Positions 1-13,200 of a stretch of DNA of 64,000 nucleotides are shown one piece after another; the first letter of the stretch is position 1, and each line of letters begins with the position of its first letter. The notes under the pieces were generated by a model. It was not told where the DNA came from and searched no databases. It saw only the letters and a program-made list of their open reading frames with translations. This DNA is from Octopus vulgaris. Its lineage: Eukaryota. The position numbers were made by a program, and so were the translations under genes. Location: positions 21,328,001-21,392,000 of the forward strand of contig OX597823.1 of assembly GCA_951406725.2 (NCBI GenBank). Reading direction: 5' to 3'.

Positions 1-131
1 AGACGAGCTCGATATGAATCACGACTATAAGATACCCGAATTTGGTTAAAGTGCACCGCAAAATGTGGGAGTAGTTAGGAATCTAAATCGAAGGGGACAG
101 ACACTCACACAACTACAGTTTTATATATATA
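1..131 (-). mobile_element. Non-autonomous Helitron, 5' portion (runs off the window; host of the nested copy at 132-633)
   Basis: 1-130 is nearly identical to 505-630, the 5' end of the adjacent Helitron copy. Confidence 0.75.
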
Positions 132-633
132 CTAGCAGTATCGCCCGGCGTTGCTCGGGTTTGTAACGGAAATAACTATATAAGCATTTTTAGAGAGTTA
201 CTTCCCTTATAAATTCGGGCTTTCTTAGCCATTTTTGTTTTGGTGTCTTCAAGCCATGAAGTCGTTGTTCTAAAAGAACGCTGGTTTCCTTCACAACGCA
301 TTACGACGTTGATTTCTTTACACTCCCTTCCCCACAGCTTCACGAGGGAGGGAAGGGGGAGAAGCAAACAGGTGCAGCTGTGAGCGTGGACGCCAACTCC
401 GCCGCCATCGACATATGATGCATTTTATGCATTAAAATGGAATAAAAAATGATGTTAAATTATTTTTAAAATCGTAGACTCGTCGTTGACGCGCGCTAAT
501 AGTCAGACGGGCTCGATATGAATCACGACTATAAGATACCCGAATTTGGTTAAACTGCACCGCAAAATGTGGGAGGAGTTAGGAATCTAAATCGAAGGGG
601 ACAGACACACAACTAGAGTTTTATATATATAGA
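132..633 (-). mobile_element. Non-autonomous Helitron (~500 bp), family H1
   Basis: Minus strand begins TC(TATATATA) at 633 and ends AAACCCGAGCAACGCCGGGCGATACTG-CTAG at 132; subterminal CCCG/CGGG hairpin, A|T insertion site, no TSD. Confidence 0.85.
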
Positions 634-663
634 TATATATAGATATATATATATATGTGTGTG

Positions 664-756
<93 letters not shown>

Positions 757-1714
757 GTATATATATATATATGTATATATATATATACACATATTCATAT
801 ATATATATATATACACATACACATACAGCAGACAGATACAGACACACATATACACATGTACATATGTATATCACATTACCTATATATATATACATACATG
901 TATGCGTATAAATGTGAGGGTGCATGTGTCTATATAATACTACAGATTTTGATACCTTAGCGTGTTAGCGTGTATGCGAGACTGTGTATGTGTGTGAGAG
1001 AGACGTATGAAAGTATGCTGGCATATATGCGTGTAAATGTGTGTATGAATGTGCGCCCGTTTCTGTCTGTGTACGTGTATGTGTTTTTTATTACTCTTGA
1101 TCCCCCAGCACCACCCCCGCATTATTCTCATTTTGTGTTCATTTAGGATTCGTTTTGCTTTCTATTAGCTAAATATATACATCTCTTGTCTTCTTCACCT
1201 TTCTCTCCTTCTCTCCTCCTCACATCATCCTCAACCACCACCACCACCAACCACCACCGCCACCACCACCGGTTCATTTCCCTTGTCATCGTCCTCCACA
1301 CCCCTCCCCCATCCCTCCTCCTCCATCTCCTTTCTCCTGTGTAATGAGCTGTCACCGTTATACAGAGAGAGCGCAATTATCAGAGGAGAAGCATGGTTTT
1401 GAAACTAGATTTAGCCAGCTTTACTTGCTATTGATTCGCAAAGCCGAGACAATGGAACGCCGATCTAAATTATATTATACTATAACAGTAACTATTCTTC
1501 AATTGTTTCATTTCTAAGATTGAAAACCCCCCACCGCCGCCATCGCCGCCCTAGGGTCTTCTAATTTGTGAGTTCATCCATCAGTAAGTCGATAAAATAC
1601 GTACTGGAAAGATCTATCTGCGACGCAGTCAATTCTGCTCTTCTCTCTTTGACTTTATCTTTCTAACACAGAACTGTAAGCTGGTTCCATTGCCACTTCA
1701 AGTCTGTGGCCTGA

Positions 1715-1715
<1 letters not shown>

Positions 1716-1749
<34 letters not shown>

Positions 1750-1750
1750 A

Positions 1751-1783
<33 letters not shown>

Positions 1784-1835
1784 CAGTAGTAGTAGTAGTA
1801 GCAGCAGCAGTAGTAGTAGTAGTAGTAGTAGTAGC

Positions 1836-1885
<50 letters not shown>

Positions 1886-1892
1886 CAGCAGC

Positions 1893-1982
<90 letters not shown>

Positions 1983-2142
1983 GGTAGTGGTGGTGGTGAT
2001 AGTAGTAGTGGTGGTGGTGGTCGTGGTGGTTGTAATGGTGGTAGTAGTAGTGAAGATGGTCGTGGTGGTTGTAGTGGTGGTGGTTGGGGTGGTTGTAGTG
2101 GTGGTGGTTGGGGTGGTAGTGGTGGTGGTGGTGGTGGTAATG

Positions 2143-2183
<41 letters not shown>

Positions 2184-2185
2184 CA
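1716..2185. repeat. Compound (GTA)n/(GCA)n/(GTG)n microsatellite
   Basis: Direct reading; source of the poly-V and poly-T ORFs. Confidence 0.95.
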
Positions 2186-2601
2186 TTGCTGTAGTATTCC
2201 AGCCCGTCCTCATCCTTATCAGCATTGAATGAGGAAATCTAAGAAAATCCAGGATCAAGATGACAAGTGACAATTCTGAACCGTATCAATATAATCTCAC
2301 GTTGCCTCACACATTTACGCCTGCAAAATGAGTTGAGTGGAATACGTGGTAGCTACTCCTAGTAGATCGAGCGACCGTATACACGGCCCTTTCGGGGACT
2401 TAAGATGCTTTTGCGTATGTAGGATATGAAGTACAGTGAACGAAGTCTGCATCACAAGTTCGTTTAGCTCTTAGCAGCTATTACATTTTGTTTTCCAATT
2501 CAATTAACTTGAAATTAGAAAGCGAATATATATATATACGCATTTTTAGTTGTTATCTTTTAATCTACGTCAAAAGGCAAAGCTATAATCTGTGGTTGGT
2601 G

Positions 2602-2752
2602 TTCTTCTTCTTCTTCTTCTTCTTCTTCTTCTTCTTCTTCTTCTTCTTCTTCTTCTTCTTCTTCTTCTTCTTCTTCTTCTTCTTCTTCTTCTTCTTCTTC
2701 TTCTTCTTCTCCTCCTCCTCCTCCTCCTTCTTCTTCTTCTTCTTCTTCTTCT
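2602..2752. repeat. (TTC)n microsatellite
   Basis: Direct reading. Confidence 0.95.
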
Positions 2753-2964
2753 TAGCCACAAAGAATAATCTCTAATTCGAGCCTACTCTAAGCTACTAAG
2801 AATGCGTGTGGCAACTTGAAGAGCCACCCACCGTAAACGGTGGCTTTTAACGGGTGGAGAGCTGAACCATCCTGGGGTACAGAGGATTCGCAATCTAGAC
2901 TAGGGTCTGAAAGTTTATCCCCAGACTAGTGGGTTACACCCTGGTTCCTCTGCTTTGTGGCAGA

Positions 2965-3133
2965 AGTAGGAAGAATGAGTAAGAGAAGTTTTGTGAAAGA
3001 GTTCAGCGGGCTTTTACTCCGCCGGAGCCACGTGGAGCTTAGGTGTTTTTGCTCAATAAACACTCACAATGCCCTGTCTGGGAATCGAAACCGCTTATCC
3101 GCTGCCCTAACCACTGGGCCATTGCGCCTCCAC
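2965..3133 (-). mobile_element. tRNA-derived SINE family D, 5' fragment
   Basis: Matches the head of the 10845-11139 copy (GGAGGCGCAATGGCCCAGTGGTTAGGGCAGCG...TTTCGATTCCCAGAC). Confidence 0.75.
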
Positions 3134-3496
3134 TGCTGTTGCTGTTGCTGTTGCTGGTGTTGCTTAGCCTCTGGGTCGTCGTAATCGGGTAAACGTATAC
3201 TCAGCGGCGTTCCGACAAGGGCCATTCCTCTTTTATTCAGATGTAATGCTTCCGTTCGTATCTAGGACAATATTATCCAATGTATAGTTTCTGTTTTTAA
3301 AATGGTAGAATGTGATGGAATTAAGGTTAGACTGCAATTTATAGCAAGTCGCTCAATCATATTGAGGTTTCATCTCGACCACTTATAGAGGTTTATTAGC
3401 CTTCATCGGGCAGCCAGAAGTCACTGTGTAAAAACTAATATAAATATATACTCTACAAATATAGATTAATCCTTCAGTTTAACGTTAAACTGTTTC

Positions 3497-3568
<72 letters not shown>

Positions 3569-3599
3569 TTATCCACAGAGTGCTAAACATAGAGGGGAC

Positions 3600-4060
3600 T
3601 AGATAAACAGCACATGACTTTGCAGTTAGAATTTTCTTCTGGTCGAGTAGCCCATCCCGCTCAAAAGGCCCCTGAATAAGGATTGTTTAAGGATGTTGAA
3701 CGAACCACCCATGTTTCCAAAGGTGAATTATCCAAACCTCCAAGAATTCCTTTCAACACACGGCTATGATGCCCCCCCCACACACACACTACTTCTGCTC
3801 ATGATCAGAGATGCGCATATCGTCAGTCACTAAGGGACATGCTCAACTGGTTAAGGTCAAACCACTGACAAGCAAATCTGTGATATTGAGCAGAAAATTT
3901 GCTGTAGCCCATCTTTTTTACCAAGACAAAACAATGTACACGATAACACTTCCATGAGAGCCACTGTCTGGTACTGCATCAGGGCATTCAGAAGCCATGA
4001 GAGCCACTGTCTGGTACTGCATCAGGGCAAGCCACTGTCTGGTTCTGCATCAGGGCATTT
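3600..4060 (-). mobile_element. Non-coding (TAA)n-associated interspersed repeat, family C, partial
   Basis: High identity to 5290-5543 and 30880-31247; flanked by (ATT)n; internal tandem duplication of GAGCCACTGTCTGGTACTGCATCAGGGCA. Confidence 0.75.
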
Positions 4061-4079
4061 ATTATTATTATTATTATTA

Positions 4080-4125
<46 letters not shown>

Positions 4126-4184
4126 CATTATTATTATTATTATTATTAATATTATTATTATTATTATTGTTATTATTGTTATTA

Positions 4185-4437
4185 TTGAGTGAGAGGGCAG
4201 TGCATGTCATCAAAATGACACTGGGGTAAAACACACAAAGTTCAGTATATCTATCATGACAACTCGTCTGATAAGGTTACATCAGACACATGCAACACAA
4301 CCATATGTGCGCGACATGGTGATCTCCTATCAAAAATAAACAGAGCATTATATACTTGCAGGTGGGACCCAGTTACAATTTTCTTCAGGTCGAGTAGCCC
4401 ATCCTGCACAAAAGGTCCTTGAATAAGGGTTGTTTAG
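4185..4437 (-). mobile_element. Family C repeat, terminal part abutting (ATT)n
   Basis: TGAGTGAGAG.GCAGTGCATG.CATCAAA.TGACACTGGGGTAAAA start shared with 5143 and 30732. Confidence 0.75.
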
Positions 4438-5103
4438 TCCTTCTTCCTATTAAAAGAAATGAAAATTAATCTCTACTAAGGCGGAGGCCTGGCAGAATTA
4501 AACTCTAATGCGGCATTGATATGAGCAATTGTTTTACAGTCAAGGCCTTCCGACCCGTTTATTTCTATTGTTTTGTGTTATTTCAGAAATATTGTATATA
4601 ATCTATCTAAATTTACATTATGCAATATTTTATTCCCTTTCTTTTCACTGTAACAGCGTGTGATTCGATGGGGGTTTGGCTGAAACCGGTCGAAAGAACA
4701 TGTCGCCACACCTGCAGCAGTTCGAATATTTGTTTTAAGAACTGCAGTGGTGCAGTGGATTGTGAAATATTAATGATTTTAGTTTATTGTTTAACCATAC
4801 TTCGTTGTCTCATATGCAGTACTCTAATAATTTATGAATAACCTAAAATGAATATATCTATGTATATGTATATATAAATGCGTTTCTGTGTCTATCTATT
4901 TATCTACCTATCTATCGGTGTGTGTGTGTGAGTGTGTGTGTGTGTATGCGTGTGTGTACACATTCCATATTGCAGATCTATATATTCACACACATATATA
5001 TATCTATACTCACACATATGGCGTAATTCTTCAGATTACATTCGTTAGCGGCATTTTATTCCTTTCCTCCAAAATTGCTGGCGTTGTGCTTAGAGTAGAA
5101 AGA

Positions 5104-5142
<39 letters not shown>

Positions 5143-5543
5143 GAGTGAGAGAGCAGTTCATGCCATCAAAGTGACACTGGGGTAAAATATACGAAGCCCA
5201 ATATACCCATCATGACTACCCGTCTGATAAAGGTACACCAGGCACATGCATCACAACCATATGTGTGCGACATGGTGATCTCATATCAAGATAAACAGCA
5301 CATGACCTTGCAGGTGGGGCCCAGTTAGAATTTTCTTCAGGTTGAGTAGCCCATCCCGCTCAAAAGGTCCCTGAATAAGGGTTGTTTAAGGATGTTAAAA
5401 GAACCACCCATGTTTCCAGAGGTGAATTATTCAAACCCCAAAGAATCCCTCTCAACACATGGCTATCATGCTCCCCCACTACTTCTGCTCGTGATCAGAG
5501 ATGCACATATCGTCAGCCACTAAGGGACATGTTAAGGTTAAGG
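5143..5543 (-). mobile_element. Family C repeat embedded in (ATT)n
   Basis: Near-identical to 4185-4437 and 3600-3860; (ATT)n on both sides. Confidence 0.8.
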
Positions 5544-5561
5544 CTATTATTATTATTATTA

Positions 5562-5659
<98 letters not shown>

Positions 5660-5660
5660 G

Positions 5661-6901
5661 TTATTCAGTAGTTTTATTTTTATAGCGTGCATTCACTTCA
5701 CTACCGAGCGCAGCTCTGTGAGCCTTGTGTATGTGCTGTGGCTTGCTGTGATGCTCTTATGGTAACTATATTGAAAGTGTTTTGCGTAGGATGTGTGCAG
5801 TGCCCAGTAGTGCAATTTTCTGTATGTTATATATATTTGTATGTCCTGGTGTTTTTGTTATGTATTTGTCTGAATATTTTTTTATCATACCTAATGCGCC
5901 TACTAAGATAGGAATTGTTTCTGTTTCTAGATTCCACATTCGAGTTACCTCTATTTCCATGTCTTTGTATTTTGAAAGTTTCTCTATTTCTTTTAGAGAA
6001 ACATTGTCATCTGCTGGTATTGATGCATCAATAAGAAAGCATTTTTTTGTTCATGATCTTTGACAAATATATCTGGCCTATTGGCCTTAATTTCTCTATC
6101 TGTGTGTATTGGCATATCTCAGAGTATGGTTGCTTTCTCGTTTTCTGTGGCCTTTTCTGGCGTGTGCCTATACCATCTTTTTCTGTTGTTATTCCATAGT
6201 GTTGGCATAGCTTCCAGTGTATGTAGGTCTCAATTCTGTCGTATCCTTCTTAGCCAGGACTGGGCAGCCAGAGATAATATGAATTATTGTTTCTTGTCCA
6301 CCTCAACATATTCTGCAGTTACTTGTTATGTTTCTTTTTATAATATGTTTTGGGTAATTTCTTGTGGGGAGGCTTTGGTCTTGCGCTGCAACTAAAAATC
6401 CTTCAGTCTCTGCTTTGAGTCCTGAGCTTCTCAATCATTGCTGGGATTTTACAGTCTATTTCTTTTGCATTTAGTTTAACCCAGTATTTGCCATGAAGGG
6501 GCTTTTCTTGCCATCGTTTTATCATGGACCGTTGCTGTACTAGTTTTAGTTTAGATTTCATTAGTTTTATAGCTTTTGTTGTTGTTTCTTCTTCTTCTTC
6601 TTCTTCTTCTTCTTCTTCTTCTTCTTCTTCTTCTTCTTCTTCTTCTTCTTCCTCTCCTACTTCTTTTTCTTCTTCTTCTTCTCCTCCTACTTCTTTTTCT
6701 TCCTCTTCTTCTTTTTCTTCTTCTTCTTCTCCTACTTCTTTTTCTTCTTCTTCTTCTTCTTCTTCTTCTTCTCTCCTACTTCTTTTTCTTCTTCTTCTTC
6801 TTTTTCTTCTTCTTCTTCTCCTACTTCTTTTTCTTTTTCTTCTTCTTCTTCTTCTTCTTCTTCTCTCCTACTTCTTTTTCTTCTTCTTCTTCTTCTTCTC
6901 C

Positions 6902-6932
<31 letters not shown>

Positions 6933-7045
6933 ACTTTTTCTTTTTCTTCTTCTTCTTCCCCTTCTTCTTCTCCATATTTGTTAGGTAGTATGATTTTCTG
7001 TTTGTATATGTCAGCTTCCTTAAATAGTGAAAACAGATTTTTGTT
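5661..7045 (-). mobile_element. 5'-truncated R4/Dong-like non-LTR retrotransposon (CCHC zinc knuckle + restriction-like endonuclease), pseudogenised
   Basis: Minus translation: RWQEKPLHGKY, CRIC..QETIIHIISGCPVLAKK, NRPDI, LIDASIPADDNVSLKEIEKLSKYKD, IPILVGALG..IQKIALLGTAHILRKTLSI*; short 3' UTR; (TAA)n on both flanks. Confidence 0.85.
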
Positions 7046-7055
7046 GTTGTTATTA

Positions 7056-7161
<106 letters not shown>

Positions 7162-7180
7162 TATTATTATTATTATTATT

Positions 7181-7253
<73 letters not shown>

Positions 7254-7339
7254 CTACTACTAGTAGTATGAAAGACTCTCGGATAGTTCTTAATTACCGG
7301 TTCTTCTTTACTTGGAAGCAGGCAATAACAAATCACGAA

Positions 7340-7555
7340 AGGTTTCAAGTAGTGCCTTCTCCTCTGATTCAAAGAGACAATATATTCTCCTTAGAATGCG
7401 ATCTGTATCCAACAATGCTCTCTTCTGGATCACCTCGAGCATCACAGCAACACCAATATTCTTAATATGCTTTTCAAAGCCCATGGAAACTGCTCCTAAT
7501 ACTCCAATTACCACCAGTATCACCATTGCTTTCCTCATGCCGCCCAACTTTCCTT
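7340..7555 (-). mobile_element. C-terminal fragment of a second R4/Dong-like RLE retrotransposon
   Basis: VILVVIGVLGAV...VIQKRALLDTDRILRR matches the RLE C-terminal motif; next to (ATT)n. Confidence 0.7.
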
Positions 7556-7556
7556 A

Positions 7557-7614
<58 letters not shown>

Positions 7615-7615
<1 letters not shown>

Positions 7616-7805
7616 TAGCACGCTGGGCAAAATGATTAGCGTCATTTCGTCTGTCCTTACGTTCTGAGTTCAAATTCCGCCGAGGTCGACTTTGCCTTTC
7701 ATCCTTTCGGGATCAATTAAATAAGTACCAGTTACACACTGGAGTTGATGCAATTGACTTAATCCCTTCCCCCAAATTTTAGGCCTTGTGCTTCCAGTAG
7801 AAAGG

Positions 7806-7806
<1 letters not shown>
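7615..7806 (+). mobile_element. tRNA-related SINE family B
   Basis: GAGTTCAAATTCC B-box-like motif and GAGGTCGACTTTGCCTTTCATCCTTTCGGG core shared with many copies in the window. Confidence 0.8.
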
Positions 7807-7865
<59 letters not shown>

Positions 7866-7913
7866 GTTATTATTATTATTATTATTATTTTATTATTATT
7901 ATTATCATTATTA

Positions 7914-7950
<37 letters not shown>

Positions 7951-7952
7951 CA

Positions 7953-8032
<80 letters not shown>

Positions 8033-8077
8033 TATATATGTATGTATGTATGAATGTGATTGTCTGTCTGTTTAATA

Positions 8078-8260
8078 GGTATTTCGTCTGTCTTTACGTT
8101 CTGAGTTCAACCGCCGAGGTCGACTTTGCCTTTCATCCATTTAGGGGTCGATTAAATAAGTACCAGTTACGCACTGGGGTCGATGTAATCGACTTAATCC
8201 GTTTGTCTGTCCTTGTTTGTCCCCTCTGTGTGTAGCCCCTTATGGGCAATAAAGAAATTA
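8078..8260 (+). mobile_element. SINE family B, 5'-truncated
   Basis: Same core; 3' part shared with 44880-45085. Confidence 0.8.
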
Positions 8261-8279
8261 GAAGCTTCCTTTCCAACAA

Positions 8280-8555
8280 TATGATTAAGGCTTCAGTCCC
8301 ATAGCGTGACACCTTCAGCAAGGGTCTTCTGTAACCTCAGACCAATGAAACCCTTGTGTGTGGATTAAGTAGACGAAATCTGAAAGGAATTCAGTGTGTG
8401 TGTGTGTGTGTGTGTGTTTGTGTTTGCCCCAACCACCGCTTCACAACCGTTATTGGTGTGTTTATTTACCCCGTAACTAAGCGGTTTTGCAAAAAGTGAC
8501 CGATATAATGTGCACCAGGCTTAATAGAAATAAATACTGAGATTGATTCATTCGA
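8280..8555 (+). mobile_element. Degenerate SINE family A copy
   Basis: Divergent match to 12777-13200 including the internal (TG)n. Confidence 0.6.
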
Positions 8556-9061
8556 TTTCCAGATAAGAGGTATTGCTTGTAGATTAGCTTTTCTCGCTGG
8601 GAAAGCCTACGATTAAGAAAGCTTCAACCACGATTATCCCGTTTCGTCGTGTAATCTGGAAGATTCTTCATCCAGGCTCGACAAAGCACTTGGTTCACTT
8701 GTTCGAATAACTGGATTCCTCTCTATGAAATTACCATCTGAGTATTCCACAGACAGCCGAAGAGTTCATGCAGTGCTCATGCTGAATTAGCCTGATACCT
8801 TCAGCTTACAAGATACGAACGAGAAGGAGAGATTAAGATTAAGAGGAAGGAAGAAGAACGAGGGAGATTAAAATCGATAGTAATACTTAAATGCTAATTT
8901 ATTTAATTCAATTAGAACAAAAACAAAAAACAAAAAAAGAAGGGAGGCAAAGAAGCTGAGAGCCGATATCAATACTGCGAGGCATTTTATTCTAGGGTCT
9001 CCTGATTCTGCTATTGCGCCTTTTGATTAGCAGACTGATGAAGGAATTATCAAACAGTACA

Positions 9062-9286
9062 CAGTAATCTCTCAATCTCTCGCCATATCGCTTATCACAG
9101 TTTATTATTTAAACTTACGTCGATTCCTCTGTGGTGGTATCTTGCATTTATAATAAAATAAGTATATACAAATTATAAAAATAATTTCAAAAGATATACA
9201 GTGCAGTACTGTTTCTACTTCGCGGATTTTCACCTATCATGTGAGGTTTGAGGACATAACACCCCGCGATAGTCGAGGGATTACTG
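9062..9286. mobile_element. pogo/Tigger-like MITE
   Basis: Imperfect TIRs CAGTAATC.CTC...ATATCGC / GCGATAGTCGAGGGATTACTG. Confidence 0.55.
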
Positions 9287-9593
9287 CACACGATATGTGT
9301 GAAAAAAAGGCATCAGTAAATTTTCACAGAAATTTCTTCTCTAACGTTATGCTAATTACTATGCCTGCAATACACCTACCTAGTAACTCTCTCAGTACTA
9401 TTTCGGCAAGTATGGTAACATCCATTCTTTACGAAAGAGGTATAATAAGTCCGAAACGTGTTCAGGATTACCTTTTGGGGAATAATTAAAATGTCATTTA
9501 CGACTATGTTTCCGTTACCACATAATTATTTCGGATCAGTTTTGCAATGCTCACTGCACTAAATATGTTATCGCTACTTTGACTGCGCATGAT

Positions 9594-9726
<133 letters not shown>

Positions 9727-9864
9727 AACTGATATATGTCAAAATTTAACCAGATTGCAATCATCATGTTTAGTATATAGAGAGTTTGTATATAGTTATG
9801 TTTATATATATATATATATATGCTTGTTGAAATGGAAAGATGAATTATCTTGTTACGGATTATT

Positions 9865-9920
<56 letters not shown>

Positions 9921-9924
9921 TATA

Positions 9925-10140
9925 ACGGGAAGCTTTATGAAAATAAACAAAAGACGAAAGCAGGTGGAATACAAACAAACAATTGTATTTGTATGGCGCT
10001 CAGGAATATAAATAAAACAAGTCTTTTACGTTTCGAGCCTACGCTCTTCAACAGAAAGATACACAGTAAAGAAACACGGAGAGAAACAAGGAGAGAAACA
10101 AGGAGAGAAAAAAATGCGTGCAGAAGCTAGCGAATCAACA
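9925..10140 (-). mobile_element. Penelope-type terminal-repeat-like element carrying a variant hammerhead motif
   Basis: Homologous to 15070-15285 and 48065-48255; minus strand TCTTT-CTGTTGA-A-GAGCgtagGCTC-GAAA-CG-TA-AAAGA; flanked by (TA)n. Confidence 0.6.
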
Positions 10141-10844
10141 TATATATATAACTTGTACCAGTAGCAGTCAAATAGTTCACAGTCAATTCAAGGAGAAACT
10201 TCACACAGTACACCTATGACGCACACCTAATACAAGCAGTAAATTATAATTCATAGCATCGACAGTATCAAAAGAGAAGCAAACAAAGTCGTGATATTGA
10301 GTTGAAGGAAACTCGACACCTCGTTTCTGCATTGCTCTCTTGTGTCGAATAGCGAGTAGTGATTTGAATAAAACGCAGAGCTTTTGTACCTAGTTGAAAG
10401 GAAACCGATATTTACGATTATAGTTTCATTCAATATGTATTACCCACTCCTTTCTATTGCGTTATATAGAAATTACACAGTCGATGTTAACTAAAATGCC
10501 GATCATTTCGTTAGTTATAATCGGAAGAAATATCTGAGTTTATATTAACCAAAACTCTAAACATTTTGCTACATAACCAGAAAACATATTTCGGTTAGCT
10601 ATAATGGAAATGTTAACCAATATAGACGAAAAGAAAATTAACTTTCTATAAAATTGTGTTCAATATTCCAATATATTTTACATTACTCAATGCTGAATTT
10701 ACCAATACGAACTATTAGTAAATTTAAATTAAGTTATCCAAATTGTAAGTAATAAAAATATCAAGTTTGCTTACCGTATAAATGTAGACAGTATTTCTAA
10801 TCATTTTTGCTGCTAGTAACCATAGTTATTTATTCATGCGCCGT

Positions 10845-11139
10845 TTTTAAGCCCCTACAGGCTCATGGGCCCGGTTTCCCGGTTTCTGTGGCGTATGTGT
10901 TCCCCCCAGCTGGACGGGACGCCAGTCCATCGCAGCGTTACTCAAGATACAGGAAGAAACAGTGAGAGAAAGTTGGGGTGAAAGAGTACAACAGGGGTCG
11001 CCACCACTCCCTGCCGGAACTTCGTGGAGCTTTAGGTGTTTTCGCTCAGTAAACACACACAACGCCCGGTCTGGGAATCGAAACCACGATCCTCCGACCG
11101 CGAGTCCGCTGCCCTAACCACTGGGCCATTGCGTCTCCG
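10845..11139 (-). mobile_element. tRNA-derived SINE family D, full length
   Basis: A box TGGCCCAGTGG, B box GTTTCGATTCC; tail GCGATGGACTGGCGTCCCGTCCAG...GAAACCGGGAAACC; homolog at 16541. Confidence 0.85.
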
Positions 11140-11179
11140 CAGTAACCATAGTACCCATTGCTAATCACTGTTATCGATA

Positions 11180-11315
11180 ACCCTTTCTACTGTAGGCACA
11201 ATGCTTGAAATTTAGGGTACGGATTAAGTCTATTACATCGACTCCAGTGCGTAACTAGTACACTTTTAATCGACCCCGAAAGGATGAAAGGCAAAAGCAA
11301 CCTCGCCGGAATTTT
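11180..11315 (-). mobile_element. SINE family B fragment
   Basis: CGACCCCGAAAGGATGAAAGGCAAA core on the reverse strand. Confidence 0.7.
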
Positions 11316-12039
11316 CCCAGTTATCGATAAGGATATCGTATAGTATTATATCCATCTGCCTATGAATGTATTTCAGTTACATCTCATTCGCCTAATAACT
11401 AAGTCCCTTTTTCGTAACTCGCTCGGTATACATTTGAAACAGCGTTGCTCTCTATACGAAATAACTGGCTTCAAAAAATTATTTCTGAAAGAAATTTTTT
11501 TTTAATTACTCACCAATCAGTTGGACAAAATTATCGACTATATTCGTTAGAATGTCACGGTAATGATGGTTATAATATGGGATCAATCAGATCAGATCAA
11601 TCAGTAAGTATGCCTCGTTAATTTTAACTGAATAATTAAGAAGAAAATGTGTATTTACAATTTTTTTTTATAGCTCTCATATTCATTATGGTGTATTACT
11701 TTTCTTCACGTATTGATTATAAGTTTCGCTCCGTTTTTGAGTGTTTAAAGTATTGCATAAAACTGTACGTTTACAATAATTTAAACATGCTAGATCCAGT
11801 AATTTTATGAACAACAGATCAAAGAGAACAACATCAATTAATTTTACTCAGAGTTCATTTGCAAAACCTTGCATCTCACTCAGTCAGCTGGCAATAATGG
11901 TTATACTATATCACACAGATAAGGTCTGGTTAGATCAAAACCTGTTCTGAAGTATACAAAAATATGAGGTTGTCTCTGATCTTCTTTACAGAAATTACTT
12001 ATTTAAATAACAAGTTTTTCTCATCACAAGATTTCTTTT

Positions 12040-12760
12040 CATTCATCTTCTCTACTGACTATTCTTTGGAGGGTCGTGGGAGTAGACCTCAATTTCCTCC
12101 TCCATAGGGATTATCAAGAGCAACCGTCATTACACTTTCTGGTTGAATTCCCAAGCGTGACCAAATGAGACAATGAATATTATCTAACCACCCTGCTCTT
12201 GATCTGACCATAAGTCTCGTAGTGGTGGTTGGTTCGGTTTGAATAATTTGTCTGACGATTTTTTCTTGCGGCATTCTAATAATATTTCCATAGTAGCGAA
12301 GCTATGACCTCTCAATGCGGAGAACTAGCAACTCGACCTGGAGAGACTCCCTCATCTCTGAGCTATGCACTCTGTCGAGTAATGTCATTCTACAGACCAG
12401 TTGGAGGATCGCCATTTCGTTCTCTCATATTCGTGTCGTACTTCTTTGGTCATTTCCCAACATTGCTGACCAAAGGTGAGGACAGGCACGGAAACCGAAC
12501 TGAGGATAGTAAGAATGGTTATTTTCCCAACCTCCCCTCTTCTGGGGATCGAATGCTTGCAGAGACGCATTTCTGTGCCAACGTCTGTCATTCTGGAATC
12601 CAGTCCAGCGTCCCACTTCCCATCATTTGTGAATAAAGGTCGAGAATTAGTGTTGCATAAACTAATCCTTTTAAGAAAGTCTTCCCCATCCACTGTGCAT
12701 GTGAAGGGAACACTATTGAGACAAATAGCTAATTCTAATTCATGAAAATTCCTTGACAAA
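12040..12760 (-). mobile_element. RTE-clade (Rex3/Expander-like) retrotransposon 3' fragment, degenerate
   Basis: Minus translation FTNDGKWDAGLDSRM...VSVPVLTFGQQCWEMT...RMPQEKIVRQI...WLDNIHCLIWSRLGIQPE resembles the RTE C-terminus; frameshifted. Confidence 0.7.
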
Positions 12761-12776
12761 CTAAATTATATGAACA

Positions 12777-13200
12777 AGGCGTAGGAGTGGCAGTGTGGTA
12801 AGTAGCTTGCTTACCAACCACATGGTTCCGGGTTCAGTCCCACTGCGTGGCTCCTTGAGCAAGTGTCTTCTACTATAGCTTCGGTCCGACCAAAGCCTTG
12901 TGAGTGGATTTGGTAGACGGAAACTGAAAGAAGCCCGTATATATGTATATGTATGTATATGTATGTGTGTGTATATGTTTGTGCGCCTGTGTCTGCCCCA
13001 CCCCAACATCGCTTGACAACTTATGCTGGTGTGTTTATGTCCCCGTAACTTAGCGGTTCGGCAAAAGAGACCGATAGAATAAGTACTAGTCTTACAAAGA
13101 ATACGTCCTGGGGTCGATTTGTCGATTTGCTCGACAAAAGGCGGTGCTCCAGCATGGCCACAGTCAAATGACTGAAACAAGTAAAAGAGTAAAAGAGTAA
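12777..13200 (+). mobile_element. tRNA-derived SINE family A (internal TA/TG microsatellite, GTAAAAGA tail)
   Basis: A box TGGCAGTGTGG, B box GGTTCAGTCC, CORE-like CCTTGAGCAAGT; many copies in the window. Confidence 0.9.

Noticed and set aside
12761-13180. Recurring ORF 'SFRLPNPLTRLWSARGYSRRHLPKVPRSGTEP' seen at many loci
   Set aside because: Antisense translation of SINE family A, not a gene family
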